Origin: Chromatiaceae bacterium
Lineage (GTDB): Bacteria > Pseudomonadota > Gammaproteobacteria > Chromatiales > Chromatiaceae
NCBI GenBank assembly: GCA_016938795.1
Contig: JAFGTZ010000171.1
Location: forward strand, 1-36,579
Length of the DNA stretch: 36,579 nt
Reading direction: 5' to 3'
Shown here piece by piece: positions 28,865 to 36,579 of this stretch (within the stretch, counting starts at the first letter, position 1; each line of letters starts with the position of its first letter). Below the pieces are notes generated by a model. The model was not told the DNA's origin. It saw nothing but the letters and a program-made list of their open reading frames with translations, and ran no database searches. The position numbers and the translations under genes are program-made.

Positions 28865-29854
28865 ATGGACAGGAGCAACCCCACCCCCTATGCCGATCTC
28901 TCGCCCGACCGCGTGCTCGATGTCATCGAGGCGCTCGGTCTGGCGCCAGATGGGCACATGCTGGCACTCAACAGCTACGAAAATCGCGTCTATCAGATCG
29001 GGCTGGAGGATGCCGAGCCGGTCGTCGCAAAATTCTACCGCCCCGAGCGTTGGAGCGATGCCGCCATTCTGGAGGAGCATGCGCTAGTCGCGGCACTCGC
29101 CGAGCGCGAGATTCCGGCGGTCGCACCCCTGGTGATTCGGGGGCACAGCCTGCACCACGTCGAGGGCCATCGGATTGCGCTTTACCCGCGCCGCGGGGGG
29201 CGCGCGCCCGAGCTGGAAGATCCCGAGGTGCTGGCCTGGATTGGGCGCTATCTGGGACGCATCCATGCGCTGGGCGCGGTCAGCGATTTCAGTGCTCGCC
29301 CGGCATTGGATATCGACACCTTCGGCGTGGCCTCGCGCGATTGGCTGCTGGCCAGCGACTGGCTGCCGCCCGAGCTTCGCGACGACTATGCCCGCGCGAG
29401 CGCCGAGGTGATCGAGGCGGCGCGCGCCGCCTATGCCCGCGCCGGAGAGCCCAGCTACATCCGGCTGCACGGCGACTGTCATCGCGGCAATATCCTCTGG
29501 ACCGACGCCGGGCCGCACTTTGTCGATTTCGACGATGCGCGTATGGGCCCCGCCGTGCAGGATCTCTGGATGCTGCTTGCCGGCTCGCGCGAGGAGATGT
29601 GCGCTCAGCTGATCGAGGTGCTCGCCGGCTATGAGGATTTTCATGATTTCGACCACCGCGAGCTGCATCTGATCGAGGCCCTGCGCGCCTTGCGCCTGCT
29701 GCATCACGCCGTGTGGCTGGCGCGCCGCTGGAGTGATCCGGCCTTTCCGCCCGCCTTCCCCTGGTTTGGCACGCCGCACTACTGGCAAGGCCATATCAGC
29801 GAGCTGCGCGGCCAGTGCCTCGCCATGGAGGCGGGGCCGCTGTGGAGCGCCTGA
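28865..29854 (+). CDS. srkA: Stress response Ser/Thr protein kinase (SrkA/RdoA/YihE family)
   Basis: LALNSYENRVY, VAKFYRPERWS, IRLHGDCHRGNIL, VDFDDA, QDLWMLL, ARRWSDPAFPPAFPWF. Confidence 0.93.
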   Translation: MDRSNPTPYADLSPDRVLDVIEALGLAPDGHMLALNSYENRVYQIGLEDAEPVVAKFYRPERWSDAAILEEHALVAALAEREIPAVAPLVIRGHSLHHVEGHRIALYPRRGGRAPELEDPEVLAWIGRYLGRIHALGAVSDFSARPALDIDTFGVASRDWLLASDWLPPELRDDYARASAEVIEAARAAYARAGEPSYIRLHGDCHRGNILWTDAGPHFVDFDDARMGPAVQDLWMLLAGSREEMCAQLIEVLAGYEDFHDFDHRELHLIEALRALRLLHHAVWLARRWSDPAFPPAFPWFGTPHYWQGHISELRGQCLAMEAGPLWSA

Positions 29855-29877
29855 GACCAACTGTCACGTCGCGATGT

Positions 29878-29906
29878 CTGACAAGTCTCGGCAACAGCTG
29901 TAGAAT
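29878..29906 (+). promoter_or_regulatory. Candidate sigma70 promoter CTGACA-N17-TAGAAT
   Basis: Both hexamers match consensus at 5/6 with 17-nt spacing, about 40 nt upstream of the ATG at 29946. Confidence 0.6.
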
Positions 29907-29945
29907 AGCGCGCCTTATTCAGAACACAGGCTTTATCGAGGGCAC

Positions 29946-30224
29946 ATGATGCGCAACGACGGGCGAGGTTTTAGCGTCGATGCACTGATCGACAAGGCTC
30001 AGTACCTTGTGCGTCAGGGCAACGCGCGGCGCTTGCGCGTGCGCCATCCCGATGGACGCGCACTCATTGATCTGCCGCTGACGGTCAGCGCCGTCGTCGC
30101 CGTGGCGCTGACCCTGCTGCTGCCCATGCTCACCGCCATCGCCGCGCTGGCCGCGCTGGTTGCACGTTGGCGCGTCGAGATCGACCAGGGCTCGGGATCA
30201 CCACCGCGCGCCAAGTCTGTCTGA
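29946..30224 (+). CDS. DUF4342-like small membrane protein
   Basis: LVRQGNARRLRV...TLI/ALIDLPLTV pattern followed by a hydrophobic segment; GAGGG RBS; 92 aa. Confidence 0.72.
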   Translation: MMRNDGRGFSVDALIDKAQYLVRQGNARRLRVRHPDGRALIDLPLTVSAVVAVALTLLLPMLTAIAALAALVARWRVEIDQGSGSPPRAKSV

Positions 30225-30294
30225 CCCCGGACAGGCCGTGTCAGGCAAGCACGGCGCAATCCCATCATCTTTCCAAACCACGCTAGAGACTAGA

Positions 30295-30501
30295 ATGCAA
30301 GCAATCAAGAAGACCGCTGATCACAGCATTTTCCAGAAAAAATCCGGGCGTTACGCGGTTAAAAACCGCAAGACCAAGCGCTGGGTCAACGGTGAGGAGA
30401 AGCAGGGCATCCTGGTGGCCGAGGCGCTCATCACCCTGCCCCGCCCCAAGGCTCCCGAGGCGACGGACGCACCCGCCGAGGACGGCGCGAACGCGGAATA
30501 A
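30295..30501 (+). CDS. Small hypothetical protein (68 aa; basic N-terminus, acidic tail)
   Basis: MQAIKKTADHSIFQKKSGRYAVKNRKTKRWVNGEEKQGILVAEALI...; host-like codon usage; followed by a strong hairpin. Confidence 0.7.
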   Translation: MQAIKKTADHSIFQKKSGRYAVKNRKTKRWVNGEEKQGILVAEALITLPRPKAPEATDAPAEDGANAE

Positions 30502-30522
30502 GCGATCGCGCGCAGCATTACC

Positions 30523-30556
30523 GCCTTGTCCAGGCAACGCCGTGTCTGGACAAGGC
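30523..30556 (+). terminator. 14-bp stem-loop downstream of the 68-aa gene (possible terminator, no U-tract)
   Basis: GCCTTGTCCAGGCA-ACGCCG-TGTCTGGACAAGGC, with one G-U pair. Confidence 0.5.
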
Positions 30557-30816
30557 CCCCCTCCCGCCCAGGTTTCACGCCGAGATCGGCCTGTCATTGG
30601 CCAGCCTCGCGCCACCCCGTCAGCCGCCTTTGGCATTCTTGCCTTCAATCCGGCCACACCTGGCCAGCATTAACAGCCCAAATCTCTAGCCGTGTCGCGC
30701 CGCGCACGGACGCCTGGCGCGAGAATCGCGTGACGCCCCATGGGGCCTTGCTCGCAACCGTGACAGACATGGCACAATGCGCTCCATCTCGCCTCCGACA
30801 AGAGCCTGTCGCGCCA

Positions 30817-32034
30817 ATGATCAAGAAGATCGCGATTGACCAACTGACGCCTGGGATGCATGTGCATGACCTGAACTTCGGCTGGATGGAGCACCCCTAC
30901 GCCCGCAACAATTTCCTGCTGGAAGATGAGCGAACGCTGCGCCAAATCCGCCAGCTTGGCATCCGCGAGCTGTACATCGACACCAGCCGCGGAATCGATG
31001 TTCCAGACGCACCCAGCCAGGCTGAGGTAAACGACAGCCTTGAGCGCGAGATGGAGGCCATCATCAGTGCCCCGGCGCCGCCGCCCTGTTCGCTTGAGGA
31101 AGAGCACAAGGAGGCGCTCGTGATCCACCAGGAGGCGGTTCAGGTCATCCGCAAGCTGATGGAGGACGCGCGTCTTGGTCACCAGGTCGATGTCGAACGC
31201 ACCACCCCGCTGGTGGGCAAGATGGTTGATTCCATCTTTCGCAATCGCGACGCACTGCTCGGCTTGACCCGTATCCGGCGCATGGATCGCTACACCTTCG
31301 AGCACTCGGTGAATGTCGCAGTGCTTATGACCGCCTTCGCGCGTTCACTGGAACTCGATCGGCGCACCATTCACGAGATTGGCACCGGCGCGCTGCTGCA
31401 CGATATCGGCAAGACTTTGGTTCCAAACGAGATTCTCAACAAACCAGGGCGTCTCGATGAGGCCGAGTTCAGCATCATGCGCGCACATGTGGAGCATAGT
31501 CGCGACATTCTCGAACAGGCCCCTGGAATCCCAGGTGTTGCGCTTGCGGTTGCCGCCGAACATCACGAACGGGTGGATGGCAGCGGTTACCCCCAGCGCC
31601 TCAAGGGTGAGGGCATCAGTCACTACGGACGCATGGCGGCGATCGTGGATGTCTATGACGCCATTACATCGGATCGCGTCTATCATCAGGGCATGGAACC
31701 CCATCTGGCGCTACGCAAACTGCTTGAATGGAGCCACCATCATCTCGATGCGAAGCTGGTGCAGCAGTTCATTCGCTGCGTTGGCATCTACCCCGTTGGT
31801 TCACTTGTGCGCCTTCAGAGCAACTGCCTCGCCGTAGTCGTCGGGCGTGGTCGGGAGGGGATGCGCGAACCGCGAGTGCGGCTGGTGCTGGATATCGCAA
31901 AGCGACGCTACCTCAAGCCTCGGGACATCGATCTCTCGGTGGCTGTCAAGGGTGAAAAAGACCGCATTCTCAGCGCTGAATCGCCCGAGCAGTGGCGTAT
32001 TCAGACCGATGCAGTATTGAGACAGATGCCCTGA
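30817..32034 (+). CDS. HD-GYP c-di-GMP phosphodiesterase with DUF3391-like N-terminus (paralogue 1)
   Basis: MIKKIAIDQLTPGMHV, YTFEHSVNVA, LLHDIGK, HHERVDGSGYP, VDVYDAITSDRVY, GIYPVGSLV; ATG 30817 chosen by alignment with paralogue 2. Confidence 0.92.
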   Translation: MIKKIAIDQLTPGMHVHDLNFGWMEHPYARNNFLLEDERTLRQIRQLGIRELYIDTSRGIDVPDAPSQAEVNDSLEREMEAIISAPAPPPCSLEEEHKEALVIHQEAVQVIRKLMEDARLGHQVDVERTTPLVGKMVDSIFRNRDALLGLTRIRRMDRYTFEHSVNVAVLMTAFARSLELDRRTIHEIGTGALLHDIGKTLVPNEILNKPGRLDEAEFSIMRAHVEHSRDILEQAPGIPGVALAVAAEHHERVDGSGYPQRLKGEGISHYGRMAAIVDVYDAITSDRVYHQGMEPHLALRKLLEWSHHHLDAKLVQQFIRCVGIYPVGSLVRLQSNCLAVVVGRGREGMREPRVRLVLDIAKRRYLKPRDIDLSVAVKGEKDRILSAESPEQWRIQTDAVLRQMP

Positions 32035-32061
32035 TGGGCTGCACCGAGCGGCGCCGCTGAC

Positions 32062-33285
32062 ATGATCAAAAAAATCTCCATCGAGCAGCTGATCGCGGGC
32101 ATGCATGTGCATGACCTCAATTTCGGCTGGTCCGACCATCCCTTGGCGCAAGGTAATTTCCTGATCGCTGATGACCGCACCCTGCACCAGATCCGCCAGC
32201 TCGGCATCCGTGAACTCACCATCGACACCGACAAGGGGCTCGATGTCATCGAGCCGCCATCGGCGCCCGAGCGCGACCCCGAACAGACGCTCAAGGCGGT
32301 CATCGAATCCAGTGCCGCGAGCCCGTTCCGCGACAAGGAGGTCTCACTTGCCCAGGAATTACCCCAGGCGCGCAGATTTCAGCGTGAGGCGCTGCTGTTT
32401 CTGCGCTTCAGCTTGAACCAATGTCGCCAGGGGCAGCGCCTCGATCTTGCCGAGGCGCGCGGCCTGGTCGCTAGGCTTGCGGGATCCATGCTGCGCTGTC
32501 AGGACGCCCTGCTCAGCCTGACGCGCATTCGCCGTCTCGGGAGCTACACCATCGACCACTCCTTCAACGTCGCGGTGTACATGATGGCGTTTGCCGCCTC
32601 GCTCGAAATGGAACGCGAGATTATCGAGGAGATTGGTCTTGGCGCCCTGCTCCACGACATCGGCAAGGCGCTCATTCCCGAGCGTATCATCAACAAGCCG
32701 GGCGCCCTGAGTGATCAGGAATTCGCCACCATCAAGACCCATGTCGCCCATGGACGCGAGCTGCTCAAAACGCTGACCGCGATGCCGCCAGTGGCGCTGA
32801 CTGTGGTGTCTGACCATCATGAGCGCATGAACGGCTCGGGCTATCCTGGCGGCAAAATGGGCGCGGACATCACTCAGGCAGGGCGCATGGCCGGCATTGT
32901 GGATGTCTACGATGCCATGAGCGCTGATCGCGTCTATCAGCTTGGCATCGAACCGCGCCTGGCGCTGAAGCGACTGGTCGAATCGGCGCCACAGGAGTTC
33001 GATACAGACCTTGTGCGGCAGTTCATTCGCTGTATCGGCATCTATCCGGTCGGCACCCTGGTCCGGCTCAGCAATGGCCCCATTGGAGTCGTCATGACAC
33101 CAAGCCGCGCCAACCTGCTCGAACCCGTGGTGCGCCTGCTCTTCGATGGCTCTCGTCAGCCACTGATGTCGCCTCGCGACATTGATCTGGCGCAGCTCGG
33201 CGGCGAAGCACGCATTGCTGGCGTTGAATCGCTGGCCCATCTGCGCATCCGCCCCGAGGTGCTCTTGCAGCAGATGTCCAAATGA
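32062..33285 (+). CDS. HD-GYP c-di-GMP phosphodiesterase with DUF3391-like N-terminus (paralogue 2)
   Basis: MIKKISIEQLIAGMHV, YTIDHSFNVA, LLHDIGK, HHERMNGSGYP, VDVYDAMSADRVY, GIYPVGTLV. Confidence 0.92.
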   Translation: MIKKISIEQLIAGMHVHDLNFGWSDHPLAQGNFLIADDRTLHQIRQLGIRELTIDTDKGLDVIEPPSAPERDPEQTLKAVIESSAASPFRDKEVSLAQELPQARRFQREALLFLRFSLNQCRQGQRLDLAEARGLVARLAGSMLRCQDALLSLTRIRRLGSYTIDHSFNVAVYMMAFAASLEMEREIIEEIGLGALLHDIGKALIPERIINKPGALSDQEFATIKTHVAHGRELLKTLTAMPPVALTVVSDHHERMNGSGYPGGKMGADITQAGRMAGIVDVYDAMSADRVYQLGIEPRLALKRLVESAPQEFDTDLVRQFIRCIGIYPVGTLVRLSNGPIGVVMTPSRANLLEPVVRLLFDGSRQPLMSPRDIDLAQLGGEARIAGVESLAHLRIRPEVLLQQMSK

Positions 33286-33486
33286 ACATTCTGGACACCA
33301 ACACCAACTCCTGCAGCCGCCTGATATCATTAGGGCGCAAGTCTTGTGTGCCATGGTTCTTCGCTGGCTCCACAGGGTCAATCAAGGGGCATCATCGCAA
33401 TCTTTCCCCTGTGCATTCCGATCTAAGCGTCTAGACTTCAAAGCGCTGAACCGCTTCTTCCGGCGCGGGCATCTAAGGAGCAACCG

Positions 33487-35568
33487 ATGGCGCAGTCTGG
33501 ATATTCCGTCCAACCCGGCGTATGGGACTACCCCGGGGCAACAGTCATGGAACATGGCGTCAACTTCTGTGTCTTTTCGCGCTATGCCGAAAAGATGGAG
33601 TTGCTGCTCTTTGGGCGCGACGACCAGACCGAACCCGATGCGGTGATCGAACTCGACCCCCGCATCAACCGCACCTTTTTCTTCTGGCATCTCTTTGTCG
33701 AGGGACTACCCGACGGCACCTATTACAACTGGCGCGCGAACGGTCGTGCCGATACCCGTGAGACCGGCTGCCGGCTCGATGGCGGCAAGGCGCTGCTCGA
33801 CCCCTGGGCCACGACCGTGAGTGATCGCCTCTGGGATCGTGAGGCGGCTTGTCGCCCGGGCGACAACCTCGCCACCGCCATGCGCTCCCAGGTGGTACGC
33901 GACCGCTACGACTGGGAAGACGACAGCACACTGCATATTCCGCTGAGCCATTCGGTCATCTACGAGATGCACGTCGGCGGCTTTACTCGCCACCCCTCCT
34001 CGGGTGTTGCCCATCCCGGCACCTTTCGGGGCATGATCGAAAAAATTCCCTATCTTCGCTCGCTTGGCATCACCCATGTGGAACTCATGCCGGTCATGGC
34101 CTTCGACGCCCAGGACGTGCCTCCGGCCACCGCGCGACTCGGACTCGAAAACTACTGGGGCTACAGCACCCATAGTTACTTCGCGCCTCACCCCGGTTTT
34201 GCCGTGGAGGCGCGCCACGCGCGCGACGAGTTTCGCGACCTGGTCAAGGCGCTGCACCGCGCGGGCATCGGGGTCATTCTGGATGTGGTCTTCAACCACA
34301 CCGCCGAGGGTGGCGAGGGCGGCCCCACCATCAGCTTCAAGGCGCTCGGCAACGAAATCTACTATCACCTCGACTTCATCGACCGACGTCGCTATCGCGA
34401 CTATACCGGCTGCGGCAACACCCTCAACTGCAATCATCCCATCGTCACCCGCTTTCTGATCGATTCGCTCCTTCACTGGGTGCGCCACATGCATGTGGAT
34501 GGCTTCCGCTTCGATCTGGCGAGCGCACTCGCACGCGGCGAGGATGGCAATCCGCAGTATCATGCCCCAGTGCTCTGGTCCACCGAACTCTCGCCTGCGC
34601 TCAACCGTGCCCACATCATCGCCGAGGCCTGGGACGCGGCCGGACTTTATCAGGTGGGCGATTTTCCCGGTTATCGCTGGGCCGAGTGGAACGGACGCTA
34701 TCGCGACGTCATCCGCAGCTTTGTGCGCGGCGATCCTGGCCTCATTCCCGAGGTTGCCACCCGCCTCTCGGGCTCCAGCGACATGTACGAGGGACGCGGA
34801 CGGCTCCCAACCAATTCCATCAACTTCGTGACCTGTCACGACGGCTTTACCCTGCTCGATCTGGTCAGCTACGAGCGCAAGCACAACGAGGCCAACGGCG
34901 AGCACAATCGCGACGGTCACGACCACAACCTGAGCTGGAACTGTGGCATCGAGGGTCCAACCACTGAGCCGCGTATCCTTGCCCTGCGCCGCCGTCAGGC
35001 GCGCAACTTCATGGCGCTGCTCATGCTCAGTCAGGGCGTGCCCATGCTGCACTCGGGCGACGAGGTGCTGCACACCAAGCGCGGCAACAACAACACCTAT
35101 TGCCAAAACAACGAACTCAACTGGCTCGACTGGTCGCTCATCGAGCGTAACGCCGACATGCTCGACTTCACCCGCGCCATGATTGCGCTGCGCCAGCGTC
35201 ATCCCAGCCTGTCGCGCGAGCGTTTCCTGACCGGCCGCGTGGCGCCTGGCCGCTCGCGCCCGGACATTACCTGGCATGGGGTCGGACTCGAATTGCCCAA
35301 CTGGGATGATCCGCTTAACCGCTCGCTCGCCTTCACGCTCGACGGCATGAACGAAGAGGAACCCCCTCTGCATGTCATGATCAACATGGGTGAGCGCGCG
35401 CTCGACTTTGCGCTGCCCCCCATGAACGAACGGCGTTGGCACCTGGCCGTTGATACGGCGCGCGAGCGCGAGAGCGTGCTCGATCCCCAGCAACAGCGCC
35501 CCCACATGGGTGAACGCTATCACGTCGCCCCGCATAGCCTGGCGGTGCTGGAGGCGCGGCGAGTCTGA
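33487..35568 (+). CDS. glgX: Glycogen debranching enzyme (GH13 isoamylase)
   Basis: VIYEMHVGGFT, NYWGYST, DVVFNHTAEG, YTGCGNT, DGFRFDLA, IAEAWD, TCHDGFTL, LSQGVPML; AAGGAG RBS. Confidence 0.96.
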   Translation: MAQSGYSVQPGVWDYPGATVMEHGVNFCVFSRYAEKMELLLFGRDDQTEPDAVIELDPRINRTFFFWHLFVEGLPDGTYYNWRANGRADTRETGCRLDGGKALLDPWATTVSDRLWDREAACRPGDNLATAMRSQVVRDRYDWEDDSTLHIPLSHSVIYEMHVGGFTRHPSSGVAHPGTFRGMIEKIPYLRSLGITHVELMPVMAFDAQDVPPATARLGLENYWGYSTHSYFAPHPGFAVEARHARDEFRDLVKALHRAGIGVILDVVFNHTAEGGEGGPTISFKALGNEIYYHLDFIDRRRYRDYTGCGNTLNCNHPIVTRFLIDSLLHWVRHMHVDGFRFDLASALARGEDGNPQYHAPVLWSTELSPALNRAHIIAEAWDAAGLYQVGDFPGYRWAEWNGRYRDVIRSFVRGDPGLIPEVATRLSGSSDMYEGRGRLPTNSINFVTCHDGFTLLDLVSYERKHNEANGEHNRDGHDHNLSWNCGIEGPTTEPRILALRRRQARNFMALLMLSQGVPMLHSGDEVLHTKRGNNNTYCQNNELNWLDWSLIERNADMLDFTRAMIALRQRHPSLSRERFLTGRVAPGRSRPDITWHGVGLELPNWDDPLNRSLAFTLDGMNEEEPPLHVMINMGERALDFALPPMNERRWHLAVDTARERESVLDPQQQRPHMGERYHVAPHSLAVLEARRV

Positions 35569-35611
35569 CCCTATCGGACTGGCCCGGGTTTTCATCAAGA
35601 GGAAATGACAG

Positions 35612-36579
35612 ATGCAGCTTGGAATGATCGGACTGGGTCGCATGGGCGCGAACATGGTGCGCCGTCTGCTAAATGCGGGGCATGAGTGTGTGGTTCATGG
35701 GCGCGATCCGGCCAAGGTTGACGCCTTCGCCAAGGACAGCGGTGCGCGGGGCACCAGCGATCTTGCGACCTTTTGCGATTGGCTTGATAGCCCGCGGCGC
35801 ATCTGGATCATGGTTCCCGCTGCTGCGGTTGATGGAGTCATCGAGCAACTGCTGCCCCATCTCGATCCAGGCGATACCCTGATCGATGGGGGCAACTCGC
35901 GCTACCATGACGACATCGCGCGCGCCGCGCGGCTGGGCTCCCAGGGCATTCATTACATCGACTGCGGCACCAGCGGCGGAGTCCATGGCCTGGAACGGGG
36001 TTACTGTCTCATGATCGGCGGTGAGCCCGAGGCCGTGGAGCCACTCGCCCCCATCTTTGCCGCACTCGCTCCCGGCGCTGCCGCGCCTGGTGCGCGTCCA
36101 GCCGAGCAAGGTTATCTGCATTGCGGCCCAGCGGGTGCCGGACATTTCGTGAAGATGGTGCATAACGGTATCGAATACGCGCTCATGGGCGCCTATGCCG
36201 AGGGCTTCAACCTGCTGCGTCACGCCGGCATCGGGCGCGCTGATCGACCCGCCGATGCCGAAACCGCACCGCTCGACCAACCCGAGCACTATCAGTACAA
36301 CCTCGATCTTGCCGACATTGCCGAACTCTGGCGCCACGGCAGCGTCATCAGCTCCTGGCTGCTCGATCTGACCGCGCGCGCGCTGCGCGACGATCCCGCG
36401 CTCGATGACTTCGGCGGGCGTGTCTCCGATTCGGGCGAAGGCCGCTGGACCAGCATCGCCGCCATCGAAAGCGGCACGCCAGCCCCCTTGCTCACCACGG
36501 CCCTCTTCGAGCGCTTTTCATCCCGAAACGAAGCCGACTTCGCCAACCGCCTGCTTTCGGCCATGCGCTATCAGTTTGG
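35612..36579 (+). CDS. gnd: Decarboxylating 6-phosphogluconate dehydrogenase (short YqeC/GntZ type); 3' end runs off the window
   Basis: Not in the ORF track because no stop codon lies in the window. Hand translation: MQLGMIGLGRMGANMVRRL, IDGGNS, DCGTSGG, GAGHFVKMVHNGIEY, VSDSGEGRWT, ANRLLSAMRYQF. Confidence 0.94.
   Translation, partial: MQLGMIGLGRMGANMVRRLLNAGHECVVHGRDPAKVDAFAKDSGARGTSDLATFCDWLDSPRRIWIMVPAAAVDGVIEQLLPHLDPGDTLIDGGNSRYHDDIARAARLGSQGIHYIDCGTSGGVHGLERGYCLMIGGEPEAVEPLAPIFAALAPGAAAPGARPAEQGYLHCGPAGAGHFVKMVHNGIEYALMGAYAEGFNLLRHAGIGRADRPADAETAPLDQPEHYQYNLDLADIAELWRHGSVISSWLLDLTARALRDDPALDDFGGRVSDSGEGRWTSIAAIESGTPAPLLTTALFERFSSRNEADFANRLLSAMRYQF

Noticed and set aside
30628-30790. 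Sigma54 promoter candidates (TGGCATTCTTGC, TGGCACAATGC) upstream of the HD-GYP genes
   Set aside because: Neither has the required GG-N10-GC spacing.
30526-30816. Extended N-termini given by the ORF track (HD-GYP 1; likewise accD, trpA, leuD, fimV, metZ)
   Set aside because: Homology and RBS positions support later starts; the extensions overlap neighbouring genes or intergenic DNA.
33706-35655. Long antisense ORFs (649 aa here; also 111-1094, 1091-2311, 14857-16047, 16556-17815, 22181-23512, 32359-33381)
   Set aside because: They mirror well-identified genes on the opposite strand, as expected from GC-rich codon bias, and carry no recognisable motifs.

Overview
GC-rich gammaproteobacterial chromosome segment, probably Chromatiaceae-like; this is inferred from gene order and protein style and was not tested. 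The minus-strand backbone is the conserved housekeeping run leuC-leuD-leuB-asd-fimV-truA-trpF-trpB-trpA-accD-folC-dedD-cvpA-purF-metZ plus an RpfE-like gene. Accessory DNA interrupts it at three points. (1) A lower-GC restriction-modification pair (NotI-family Cys4 endonuclease plus Dam-like alpha-class amino-methyltransferase) sits inside the leucine operon between leuD and leuB. It overlaps the leuB start and is bounded by a 12/15-nt imperfect direct repeat. (2) A two-component module (dual-PBP histidine kinase plus a frameshifted REC-GGDEF-EAL regulator) splits cvpA from purF. (3) A DUF433/DUF5615 toxin-antitoxin pair is followed by the C-terminal remnant of a different VapC toxin. At the left edge, a sugar-type solute-binding protein with no transporter partner in view lies 8 nt upstream of a membrane HAMP-GGDEF protein that the ORF track missed, a candidate sugar-sensing c-di-GMP module. 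The right arm (plus strand) carries srkA/rdoA, two small genes, tandem HD-GYP paralogues, glgX and a partial gnd. I saw no rRNA, tRNA, CRISPR array, integrase or transposase.
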